A DNA stretch of 46,360 bases, from the NCBI GenBank assembly GCA_034435595.1, contig DAOTXA010000300.1:1-46360 (forward strand), given 5' to 3'. Source of the stretch: Anaerolineae bacterium. Lineage in GTDB: Bacteria > Chloroflexota > Anaerolineae > Aggregatilineales > Phototrophicaceae. The notes below the pieces were generated by a model that worked only from the letters and a program-made list of their open reading frames with translations, searched no databases and was not told the DNA's origin. Position 1 is the first letter of the stretch; every line of letters begins with the position of its first letter. Below are positions 18,871 to 27,892 of the stretch, in pieces. The position numbers and the translations under genes are program-made.

Positions 18871-21270
18871 TTATTCACCCTGACTGCTAGTCGGGGTTGA
18901 GGCAATGAAGACGACTCCTTCACTGTCCTTGAGGGTGAGGTAGTCATTGATTGCATCTACATTCAAACCTGGCGTCTGCAAAGCCACATGCCATGAGTGT
19001 GACTTAATATGTGGAATCGGCAAATCTTCCGGGATAATTGTGCGTGGTGAACCCTCCATATTTGCCAGAAACAATAAACGTTCTGAGCTATCAGGTGAAA
19101 TTCGTTCTCCGAAGAACAATGCGGTGCTATCGGTAGGATACACATAGTCAAACGTGTCATTCATGCCAAGATTATCCGCCAGCCATGGGCGATCACGGCG
19201 AAAATTCCGAACAGCCAACATGAACTCGGCCTGTTTCTGATCAACGCGATCGGAATATCGGCTGACATTGCATAGTTCGTGCACATCGTCCATCCATGCT
19301 CGAGCAATCTGTTTTAGTGTAGGGATATCGAGATCCGGTCCTATAAGTTTAGGCGTAGTGGCATTCATCATTGCAGCGATAGCGGATAGTTTGTAATCGG
19401 TCGCATGGACGACATCAGCGAGAGTGGTCATAAAACGTCGGAGTCCGTCCAATTCATTAAACCCCATCCTCTTGAGGCGCGGGAACGTTGTGGGATGAGC
19501 AAAAAGATCGTCATTTAGGATCCAATACAAGAATCTTGCTTCCTCTGCAACAACTTTCACGCCATAGCGATCGTCTGTATTGCGGATGAATCCCCACGGA
19601 GTTTGTAGCGAGGCGTTAATGAAATCCATTGGAATACCGGGCATCATGACGTAATCGAACAATTTTGAGGCGGGGTTATCATATGCTTTGCGGAAAATTT
19701 CGGGCAGTTCTTTGCCCAGGTACGTATTGATTCTTGCATCGGTCGGAACCTGGGTTCCACGTCGTAGCGTATCGTGATTGGCGCATCCGGTGATCCAGTT
19801 TTTGCCCACAGATGCGATTTCTCTGATTCTCCACCATTTGCTTACCCAGAATGTAAATAGAAATGGCGTATTGTGGGCAAAAGTCAGCGGTCCCCATTGA
19901 AATACATTTGGGAATTGCTTCGTGACCTCACGATATGTGGATGCCAGTTCCCAATCATCACGGGGCCATGGACGCCCATCTTCGAAAATCATCCACGGAC
20001 GGTACTTTGTCCCTGCGATTTCCTGCACGATGTCGTTCATTTCGCGCAAATAATCATCATCATGTTCCATGATTTGCTTATCGGGATTCCAATTCTTGAA
20101 ATCTTGTGCTCCATCCACGCGAACTCCATCCACGCCAAAATTATGATTGCGGCGCTGCATTTCGAGTAGTAGAGCACGAACGACCGGGTCTTTGAAGTTG
20201 ACGTTTTGACCGTACATATTTGCATCTGCAAAAAATCGTTTGTTGAGCAGAGGTAGCGCCTGATTGTCAATGTGACCATATACGACATCGAAGATCACTT
20301 TGATTGGTTTTCCAGGAAAATTGTGAAGTGTAGCGATAAAATCAACCAGTTCATCCGGGCGTTTGCTTCCTAATGCTGTGGGATTAATGGCACACATGGC
20401 GCTCATCAGGATGTCGTAACCCCAATTTGTCATATCCGGCTGGCGTAAATTGATTGTCACGGTATCGCCATCTACAGTATCGTTCACTATGTTCCAGAAT
20501 TGAGCGCCGGACTCGTACTCAATTGTGGGATGGATTGGCATCAATTGTATTGCATCATATCCGATATAAGCCTGCTCGGTTGGGGTCAATGGAGACTTGT
20601 TTTCAATCTTTTTCGCGATTTCTGTATATCTTTTTGTTAACCCCTCGAGTGTGCCAGATGGGGACGCTGTGTTGACATGGATTTGCAGAATGTTCATGGG
20701 TGTTGCAATACGTGGGATGCCATCGCGCTCAAACCTCGGATCAAAATCGAGTTTTGCAAAGTAATCACGATCTGCACGCTGTGACTGGACTCGTGCTACA
20801 TCGTAGAATTCGGCAGGCGCAAATGAGCCGAAAGGTAAGGAGTACGCAAGATAATCTGGGATACTATGAGATTGTGAATTGTCATTTGTATAGATGACTT
20901 GATAAAAATCACCGCTTCCATTTCGGGAACCGGGCCTCATACCCTCGATAACGCCCCAGAGATATTCGCCGTCTAATATCAACGGTACCCGGCGACATTG
21001 GAAGCGGATTGTTTGCATATCTGCCCGAAAATCTAGTGATTCTTGTGCCCGGAAGACTTCCAAATAAACATGCTCTGATGAAATATTGTATTGAATCAGC
21101 TCAGGTGCCCAGAATCCGATTTCTGCAAGACCATCTTTGTAGTGTGCCCCTAATCGCGTTGCGAGGTGGCGCGAAGCGGCAAAAGCGGTGTTTTCTTCTC
21201 GTCTGATTTTATTTGCCCACTGTACCAAGGCTCTAGTCGCTTCTTCGTTCAAACTTAGCTTCATAACCAT
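18871..21270 (-). CDS. GH13-like (alpha-amylase superfamily) enzyme with a roughly 330 aa N-terminal extension
   Basis: All four GH13 conserved regions are recognisable: I VIFDVVYGH, II FGVDGVRVDGAQDF, III WMIFEDG, IV GCANHDT. The start is set to ATG 21270, downstream of AGGAGAGGG. The track ORF extends to 21330. Confidence 0.65.
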   Translation of the reverse strand: MVMKLSLNEEATRALVQWANKIRREENTAFAASRHLATRLGAHYKDGLAEIGFWAPELIQYNISSEHVYLEVFRAQESLDFRADMQTIRFQCRRVPLILDGEYLWGVIEGMRPGSRNGSGDFYQVIYTNDNSQSHSIPDYLAYSLPFGSFAPAEFYDVARVQSQRADRDYFAKLDFDPRFERDGIPRIATPMNILQIHVNTASPSGTLEGLTKRYTEIAKKIENKSPLTPTEQAYIGYDAIQLMPIHPTIEYESGAQFWNIVNDTVDGDTVTINLRQPDMTNWGYDILMSAMCAINPTALGSKRPDELVDFIATLHNFPGKPIKVIFDVVYGHIDNQALPLLNKRFFADANMYGQNVNFKDPVVRALLLEMQRRNHNFGVDGVRVDGAQDFKNWNPDKQIMEHDDDYLREMNDIVQEIAGTKYRPWMIFEDGRPWPRDDWELASTYREVTKQFPNVFQWGPLTFAHNTPFLFTFWVSKWWRIREIASVGKNWITGCANHDTLRRGTQVPTDARINTYLGKELPEIFRKAYDNPASKLFDYVMMPGIPMDFINASLQTPWGFIRNTDDRYGVKVVAEEARFLYWILNDDLFAHPTTFPRLKRMGFNELDGLRRFMTTLADVVHATDYKLSAIAAMMNATTPKLIGPDLDIPTLKQIARAWMDDVHELCNVSRYSDRVDQKQAEFMLAVRNFRRDRPWLADNLGMNDTFDYVYPTDSTALFFGERISPDSSERLLFLANMEGSPRTIIPEDLPIPHIKSHSWHVALQTPGLNVDAINDYLTLKDSEGVVFIASTPTSSQGE

Positions 21271-21422
21271 CGCAGTTCCCTCTCCTAAAACTGATTCGGT
21301 AGACGCAACAATAATAGCGAATGTCCTCAAATTCTTGTAATGTTAACAATGGTAGCAATCGTGGCATCAATTCGTAAGACTTGAAAAAGCATTGGCCTCT
21401 GATATTGTAGACAAGCTGGGAG

Positions 21423-21905
21423 ATGATAATGCGAGTATATATTCTTATATTGGTGCTGATCACGTTTGTTTTGACAGGGTGTGATGCTTTATCTTTAGCA
21501 CTGCAAACTGCGGAAGAAGGACGTGATACATCAGAATCGAGCGCTGATGCAAATGTGACTTTTGTTCGTGCTGTTGAGACAGCGGCGAACAACTGGACCT
21601 TCTATGTTACAGTGCAACACCCTGATACCGGATGGGACGATTATGCCGATGGATGGGATGTAGTACTTCCCAGTGGGCAAGTCGTCAAGCCGGATGCCTC
21701 TAGCCCTTTTACCCGACTGCTTTTGCATCCACATGAGAATGAACAGCCATTTACACGTAGCCAGAGTGGAATTCAGATTCCGTCAGATATCACCACTGTA
21801 TCTGTGCGTGCACATGACATCGTGGATGGGTTTGGCGGCGAAGAGATACAGGTTAATCTGACGGTGTCTGCTGGTGACGGATTTACCGTAGAAAGGCAGC
21901 AATAA
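21423..21905 (+). CDS. Hypothetical lipoprotein
   Basis: Signal peptide with lipobox VLTGC (MIMRVYILILVLITFVLTGCD). The mature part is His/Asp/Trp-rich (VQHPDTGWDDYADGWDV, LLHPHENEQPF). I did not recognise a family. Confidence 0.55.
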   Translation: MIMRVYILILVLITFVLTGCDALSLALQTAEEGRDTSESSADANVTFVRAVETAANNWTFYVTVQHPDTGWDDYADGWDVVLPSGQVVKPDASSPFTRLLLHPHENEQPFTRSQSGIQIPSDITTVSVRAHDIVDGFGGEEIQVNLTVSAGDGFTVERQQ

Positions 21906-21967
21906 CCTGGGAAAGAAATTACGCACAGGCTACTCTACATTTTGCGAGAATTTTAGCGGGGTAAAAC

Positions 21968-22456
21968 ATGACCAAAAAAAGCAGCAAGAAACGGGTTGAT
22001 GGATCAACTTTGCGGCTCAATCGTCAACAGATCATTACTGTTATCGCGACCCTTTTTATAGTCAGCGTTGGTGTGGCTGTGATGCTTCTATCGGGTGACG
22101 AACCCGCGGGATCAGATGGGATTCCTAATACGTTGTCAGAGAGGCCCCAACTGATTACGCCACAGAACTATGTTGGACAATTTGTTGAAGGTGATGCGGA
22201 TTACGTGTTGATAGATGTGCGCACTCCTGCTGAATTTTCCGGTGGACATATCGTGGACTCGATCAACATTCCGGTAGAAGAGCTACAATCACGCATTGAT
22301 GAAGTACCGGATGGAATGCCAATAGTGGTCTATTGCCGAAGCGGTAATCGTAGTGCCCAAGCTGCAAACATTCTCGATTCGGCTGGATTCAATAGCATCT
22401 ACGATCTTGGCGGTGTGATCGACTGGTCAGCTGCTGGATACTCCCTGACGAATTAG
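21968..22456 (+). CDS. Membrane-anchored rhodanese-domain sulfurtransferase
   Basis: One TM helix (IITVIATLFIVSVGVAVMLL) and a rhodanese domain with active-site loop VYCRSGNRS. Confidence 0.85.
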   Translation: MTKKSSKKRVDGSTLRLNRQQIITVIATLFIVSVGVAVMLLSGDEPAGSDGIPNTLSERPQLITPQNYVGQFVEGDADYVLIDVRTPAEFSGGHIVDSINIPVEELQSRIDEVPDGMPIVVYCRSGNRSAQAANILDSAGFNSIYDLGGVIDWSAAGYSLTN

Positions 22457-22502
22457 CAATTTGAAGTGGGCCAGTGCGCCGATGGAGTTGCTACTCGAAC
22501 CT

Positions 22503-22958
22503 TCACAATCCAGGCAGGAACCTCCCGGTCTGCTTTTCATACTCACGATAGCCCGGGAACACCTGCCGGAGTAGTGTTTCTTCATAGCGAGATTTAATGC
22601 TGAAAAATATTGCCAGGGCAATTGCCATCACGAAGACCACAGGATGGCCATGGGCGAGGGCAGATCCAAAAGCTGTCAACAAAACACCTGTATAGATCGG
22701 ATGCCGTATCAGACGATATGGGCCGCTATCAATGAGATCAGTGTGTGCTTTTGGCGTAGGAACTACATTCGGCGTGGTCTTATTCTGGGTGCTGTGTTCG
22801 TGAATGGCAATCAGCCCAAGAATTGGGCCGATCACTGCCATCATCAGGCCAATTGTCGTTGACAAAGCGGATGACACGGTCGGTAACGCAAATAACAAAA
22901 TTGCGAATACACCGAAAAGGAGAAACTGGATAATGACAAAGATCAGTGCTTTACTCAT
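22503..22958 (-). CDS. Isoprenylcysteine carboxyl methyltransferase (ICMT)/phospholipid methyltransferase family membrane protein
   Basis: The 151 aa protein has four hydrophobic helices and the family motif GPYRLIRHPIYTGVLL..G. A strong RBS (AAGGGGAGAA) is present and the start overlaps the upstream stop by 8 nt. Confidence 0.7.
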   Translation of the reverse strand: MSKALIFVIIQFLLFGVFAILLFALPTVSSALSTTIGLMMAVIGPILGLIAIHEHSTQNKTTPNVVPTPKAHTDLIDSGPYRLIRHPIYTGVLLTAFGSALAHGHPVVFVMAIALAIFFSIKSRYEETLLRQVFPGYREYEKQTGRFLPGL

Positions 22959-23931
22959 AATTATTCTCCCCTTTATTTGACAGTTGTTGTTCCAAAATGT
23001 GGCGGAGTTTCTTCATCTCTTTGAGCATCTTCTCAAGTGTTTTTTCCGAGAATGTTGAACGTCTGGCAGTCAATTCAAGTTGACTGATGTTTCGTTCGTG
23101 ATCTATAAGTTGACGATCCGAGAATGACCGTCCTGTCATATCCCGGTAGATTAGGTCCAGATAGACCGGATTGCTCCCCAACCACGCTCGACGATTACGC
23201 AATGTTGTTAGGTCCATGTGAAAAGGATTCTGATGGTCAATCACTGGCACCATCAACGGGAATTGATACTGCGTGTATTCGTTTCGGGCGAAGAACTTTG
23301 GCAGTGGGTCAAGGTTAATCGAAACATCCAATGCCGGTGTGTCATTTACCGCGAGAACGACAAGTTCCAGCACGCCAGCTTTTCGCTCATGTTTCCGTAC
23401 TAATCCCTTTAGTACTGGCTGTAGTAACCCTCTACGTGATCGCATTGCCTCGACCAGATAATGTCCTGCCGGGTTGGAGTGCGCCCCGGCGCGAACATAG
23501 TACCGATTATCTGCACTCATATGAGGCAGCAAGTAACTTTCTTCAAATCCGATTATGAGCACTACACACTCAGGATCAATGAATGAGTTATTGCGTTCTC
23601 CGAGGATTGTAGCCACATGATATTCCCCGATTGGACGCACGCCTGCAATAACCTGATCAACCCAGTCTCGCAGACGTTGTCCTCCCATGTGAGCTGGGAT
23701 ACCGCCGTCAATTTTACCCTGATCATTGATACCTACTGCGAATAATCCGCCGCCTGTATTCCAGAATGCGGACGCCGCAGTTTGGATTTCTCGCTGCAAC
23801 TTGGTTCGATAGGATTTGTCGCTGTGAATCCGACTGGACTTGTATTCATAGTTATCATTTTCCTCTTCTGGGAGCGTGGCGAGATCTACTTCAGTCCAAT
23901 GCTCAATGTAATGCCACTGCTGGCTATTCAT
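22951..23931 (-). CDS. AlbA_2 (Schlafen-like) domain protein with an uncharacterised C-terminal half
   Basis: The N-terminal pattern E..NYEYKSS...LQREIQTAASAFWNTGGGLFAVGINDQGKIDGG....VVLIIGFEES..LPH....RYYVRAGAHSNPA matches the AlbA_2 layout (E.EFK, AFANT.GG.L.IGV.D.G...G, YIR.GS.T..A). The C-terminal 150 aa or so are unassigned. Confidence 0.55.
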   Translation of the reverse strand: MNSQQWHYIEHWTEVDLATLPEEENDNYEYKSSRIHSDKSYRTKLQREIQTAASAFWNTGGGLFAVGINDQGKIDGGIPAHMGGQRLRDWVDQVIAGVRPIGEYHVATILGERNNSFIDPECVVLIIGFEESYLLPHMSADNRYYVRAGAHSNPAGHYLVEAMRSRRGLLQPVLKGLVRKHERKAGVLELVVLAVNDTPALDVSINLDPLPKFFARNEYTQYQFPLMVPVIDHQNPFHMDLTTLRNRRAWLGSNPVYLDLIYRDMTGRSFSDRQLIDHERNISQLELTARRSTFSEKTLEKMLKEMKKLRHILEQQLSNKGENNYE

Positions 23932-24320
23932 TGGTTTATATTCCCATGCAATCGTGTCTTATTATGGATCATGATGTTACTCTGTAAACACATAGGTCGC
24001 CTGTCTCATTCATTCAACGAGATGTACTTATTGTAAACCAGGCTTTGTTTGACGGCAGAGATCAATACAGAAGAATGCTACCCCCAGCGCGTTACAGACA
24101 TCACTGGCAATCGTATCTCTCAGGGGGCATATTAGATTCAGTATAACTTTTGGATGTGCCGAAGGCGGACATCGCTTGCGCAACACCACCACATCAGAGG
24201 TATTTTCTATCGGCAGTCTGTCGTATCGGGGCGTATCGCAATATGAAACGCCCATTTTGCTTGGATTGTTGCTGATAGCCATAGAGAGAGTTCTCTTAAC
24301 ATGTTAGGAGTAATGCAATA

Positions 24321-27300
24321 ATGGCTGAACGAGAGTTTATCACGCTGGACGGTAATGAGGCTGTTGCGCGTGTTGCCTACAAACTCAATGAAGTGGTTGC
24401 CATTTATCCAATCACGCCATCTTCCCCGATGGGCGAGTGGGCCGATCAGTACATGTCGGTGGCGCGTCCCAATCTTTGGGGTACAGTGCCGCAAGTTGTT
24501 GAGATGCAGAGCGAAGGCGGTGCAGCCGGGGCTATTCACGGTGCGTTGCAGGCTGGCACACTGGCAACAACGTTTACAGCTTCGCAAGGGCTGTTGCTGA
24601 TGATGCCCAATATGTATAAGATTGCCGGCGAATTGACTTCGATGGTGATCCACGTTGCAGCTCGGTCGCTGGCAGCACAGGCATTATCTATTTTTGGCGA
24701 TCATAGTGATGTCATGGCAACACGAGCGACGGGTTTTGCTTTGCTATCCTCGAATTCTGTGCAAGAAGCGCATGATATGGCATTGATTGCGCAGGCTGCT
24801 ACGCTTGAAACCCGCGTACCTTTCCTACATTTCTTTGACGGATTCCGCACATCACACGAAATCAACAAGATCGAATTGCTCGACGAGTCGGTGTTGCGTG
24901 AGATGATTAATGATGAGCGCGTGTTTGAGCATCGTGCCCGTGGCTTGACCCCGGATCGCCCTATGCTGCGTGGAACGGCACAGAACCCCGACGTGTATTT
25001 CCAGGCACGGGAAACCGTAAATCCGTATTATGATGCGTGCCCTCAGATTGTTCAGAATATGATGAATCAATTTGGCGAACTCACCGGGCGTCAGTACAAG
25101 ATTTACGAATATCATGGTGCGGAGGATGCTGAGTCTGTCATTATTATGATGGGGTCTGGGGCAGAAGCCGCCCACGAAACGGTCGATTATCTGGTAAATC
25201 AAGGCGAAAAAGTCGGCCTCCTGAAAGTTCGCCTGTACCGTCCCTTCGATGCAGCAAGTTTCATCGAGGCGTTGCCTTCAACAGTGAAGGGGATTGCGGT
25301 CTTGGACCGGACGAAAGAACCGGGTAGTGTTGGCGAACCGCTCTATCAGGATACGGTCACCGCACTGATGGAAGTTTGGGATGATGTGATGCCGCGTGTA
25401 ATCAGCGGGCGATATGGCTTGTCATCCAAAGAGTTCACCCCGGCGATGGTTAAGGGTGTATTCGACAATCTGAATAGTGATGCTCCGAAGAACCACTTTA
25501 CAGTGGGCATCAATGACGATGTGAGCAAAACACATATCGACTTTGACCCCGAGTTTACGATTGAGTCGGATGATACAGTGCGCGCAGTCTTCTTCGGCCT
25601 GGGTTCCGACGGTACGGTCGGCGCGAACAAGAACTCGATCAAGATTATCGGTGAAAACACCGATAACTATGCGCAAGGATACTTCGTCTACGACTCGAAG
25701 AAATCTGGCTCAATGACGGTGTCACATCTGCGTTTTGGCCCGCAACCTGTGCGTGCCACTTATCTGATTTCTCAAGCTAATTTTGTTGGTTGTCATCAAT
25801 GGGTCTTTCTTGAGAAATACGATGTGCTAGAGAGTGCTGCTCCGGGTGGCGTGTTTTTGCTGAATTCCCATTTCTCACCGGAAGAAGTATGGGATGAACT
25901 GCCGCGTGCGACGCAGGAATCTATTGTTGAGAAAAACCTGAAATTCTATGTCATTGACGCAAGTTCGGTCGCACGAAACGCGGGCATGGGACGGCGCATC
26001 AACACCGTAATGCAGGTTGCATTTTTTGCGATTTCTGGTGTGTTGCCGCGTGATGAGGCAATTGAAGAAATCAAAAAATCGATTCGCAAGACGTACGGTC
26101 GTAAGGGCGAAGAAGTCGTCCAGATGAATCTTAACGCGGTTGATCAAACACTTGAGAATCTTTTTGAAGTGTCTGTGCCAGATGCGATTACGAGTGATCG
26201 CGAACTCCTGCCTCCAATTGCTGAGGATGCGCCGGAATTCGTGCGCGAGGTCGAAGGCATGATGATTGCTCGTCAGGGAGACTTGATTCCAGTAAGTATG
26301 CTGCCGGTAGATGGCACCTATCCCACAGGAACGACTCAGTACGAAAAGCGCAATCTTGCGGAAGAAATTCCGGTCTGGGAGCCGGACATCTGCATTCAGT
26401 GTGGCAAGTGCGCGATGGTCTGCCCACACGCGGTCATTCGTATCAAAGCCTACGACGAAGAGGTACTTGAGGCTGCCCCTGAGACGTTCAAATCTACGAA
26501 GACACGCGATCGTGCGTGGGCAGATACGATGTACACAATTCAAGTTGCCCCAGAGGATTGCACTGGCTGTGCCTTATGCGTGGATGTTTGCCCTGCGAAG
26601 AGCAAATCCGCCAACAATATCAAGGCAATCAACATGAAACCGCAGCCTGAAATTCGCGATGCAGAGCGCGATAATTGGGATTTCTTCCTGAATATTCCTG
26701 AAGTAGATCGGGAAGACATTAAGGTCAACAGCATCCGTCAGCAGCAGGTACAGCAACCGTTGTTCGAGTTCTCAGGGGCATGTGCTGGTTGTGGAGAAAC
26801 ACCGTATCTCAAGCTGGCAACTCAATTGTTCGGAGATCGAATGTTGATTGCTAATGCGACGGGTTGCTCGTCAATTTATGGCGGAAATCTACCGACAACC
26901 CCATGGGCGAAAAATGCGGATGGTCGTGGTCCTGCATGGTCGAATTCACTGTTTGAGGATAATGCAGAATTTGGCCTTGGTATGCGTGTCGCGGTTGATA
27001 AGCTGACCGAAATGGCGCTTGAGCTAGTACGCCAATTGTCAGATGAAATCGGCAGTGAACTTGCCAGCGACTTGCTTATGGCAGACCAGCATGATGAAGC
27101 GGGAATCTTTGCACAGCGTGAGCGTGTGGATGCACTAAAAGAAAAGCTCACCAGTTTGGATTCGCCCGAAGCGCAACGACTGTCTACAGTTGCCGACTAT
27201 CTGGTGAAGAAGAGTCTTTGGATCATCGGTGGCGACGGATGGGCGTATGATATCGGTTATGGCGGTTTGGATCATGTGCTTGCAAGTGGCCGCAATGTGA

Positions 27301-27884
27301 ACATTCTCGTTATGGATACGGAGGTCTATTCGAATACAGGCGGGCAGATGTCGAAGGCGACACCACTTGCCGCCGTCGCGAAGTTTGCCTCTGGTGGTAA
27401 GCCGGTTGGCAAAAAAGACCTCGGTATGATGGCTATGAATTATGGAAATGTTTATGTCGGTAGTGTTGCGATGGGTGCAAGAGATGAGCATACATTGCGT
27501 ACATTCCTTGAGGCCGAAGCGTATGAAGGCCCGTCACTGATTATCGCTTACAGCCACTGCATTGCGCACGGTATCAATATGACCACAGCAATGCGCAATC
27601 AGAAGGCCGCGGTTGACTCTGGTCAATGGTTGCTTTATCGCTTTAACCCCGATCGGGCAGCACAGGGTCAGAACCCGATGCAACTCGACTCGCGCCCACC
27701 GAAGATTCCAGTGACTGATTTCCTCCACATGGAGAATCGTTTTAAGATGCTGGAGTTGAGTAGACCGGATACGGCTCGTGAGTTGTTCCAGAAAGCGCAG
27801 GAAGGTATCGATCAACGCTGGGCGATGTATCAGTATCTCGCAACACGTTCATTTGATGATGGTTCAAACGGCAGCGAAGGATAG
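24321..27884 (+). CDS. nifJ: Pyruvate:ferredoxin (flavodoxin) oxidoreductase, single-polypeptide NifJ/PFOR type
   Basis: The 1187 aa protein starts DGNEAVARVAYKLNEVVAIYPITPSSPMGEW. It has two ferredoxin-type 4Fe-4S motifs (CIQCGKCAMVCP, CTGCALCVDVCP), the CAGCGETPY motif and the TPP motif GGDGWAYDIGYGGLDHV. An AGGAG RBS is present. Confidence 0.95.
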   Translation: MAEREFITLDGNEAVARVAYKLNEVVAIYPITPSSPMGEWADQYMSVARPNLWGTVPQVVEMQSEGGAAGAIHGALQAGTLATTFTASQGLLLMMPNMYKIAGELTSMVIHVAARSLAAQALSIFGDHSDVMATRATGFALLSSNSVQEAHDMALIAQAATLETRVPFLHFFDGFRTSHEINKIELLDESVLREMINDERVFEHRARGLTPDRPMLRGTAQNPDVYFQARETVNPYYDACPQIVQNMMNQFGELTGRQYKIYEYHGAEDAESVIIMMGSGAEAAHETVDYLVNQGEKVGLLKVRLYRPFDAASFIEALPSTVKGIAVLDRTKEPGSVGEPLYQDTVTALMEVWDDVMPRVISGRYGLSSKEFTPAMVKGVFDNLNSDAPKNHFTVGINDDVSKTHIDFDPEFTIESDDTVRAVFFGLGSDGTVGANKNSIKIIGENTDNYAQGYFVYDSKKSGSMTVSHLRFGPQPVRATYLISQANFVGCHQWVFLEKYDVLESAAPGGVFLLNSHFSPEEVWDELPRATQESIVEKNLKFYVIDASSVARNAGMGRRINTVMQVAFFAISGVLPRDEAIEEIKKSIRKTYGRKGEEVVQMNLNAVDQTLENLFEVSVPDAITSDRELLPPIAEDAPEFVREVEGMMIARQGDLIPVSMLPVDGTYPTGTTQYEKRNLAEEIPVWEPDICIQCGKCAMVCPHAVIRIKAYDEEVLEAAPETFKSTKTRDRAWADTMYTIQVAPEDCTGCALCVDVCPAKSKSANNIKAINMKPQPEIRDAERDNWDFFLNIPEVDREDIKVNSIRQQQVQQPLFEFSGACAGCGETPYLKLATQLFGDRMLIANATGCSSIYGGNLPTTPWAKNADGRGPAWSNSLFEDNAEFGLGMRVAVDKLTEMALELVRQLSDEIGSELASDLLMADQHDEAGIFAQRERVDALKEKLTSLDSPEAQRLSTVADYLVKKSLWIIGGDGWAYDIGYGGLDHVLASGRNVNILVMDTEVYSNTGGQMSKATPLAAVAKFASGGKPVGKKDLGMMAMNYGNVYVGSVAMGARDEHTLRTFLEAEAYEGPSLIIAYSHCIAHGINMTTAMRNQKAAVDSGQWLLYRFNPDRAAQGQNPMQLDSRPPKIPVTDFLHMENRFKMLELSRPDTARELFQKAQEGIDQRWAMYQYLATRSFDDGSNGSEG

Positions 27885-27892
27885 AGCGAGCG

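Noticed and set aside
22457-24320. The AlbA_2/ICMT pair as a horizontally acquired island.
   Set aside because: I saw no flanking direct repeats, no tRNA and no recombinase. The composition looks similar to neighbouring genes by eye. I did not compute GC content.
24028-24653. Minus-strand ORFs of 84 and 148 aa in the nifJ leader and over the nifJ start.
   Set aside because: The 148 aa ORF is antisense to the highly conserved PFOR N-terminus. The 84 aa ORF is Cys/Pro/Arg-rich with no RBS or motif. It is the only ORF in the 389 bp gap, so a small protein cannot be fully excluded.
25875-26543. A 222 aa minus-strand ORF inside nifJ.
   Set aside because: It is antisense to the PFOR ferredoxin-domain region. 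Its translation is Arg/Phe/Cys-rich and not protein-like.
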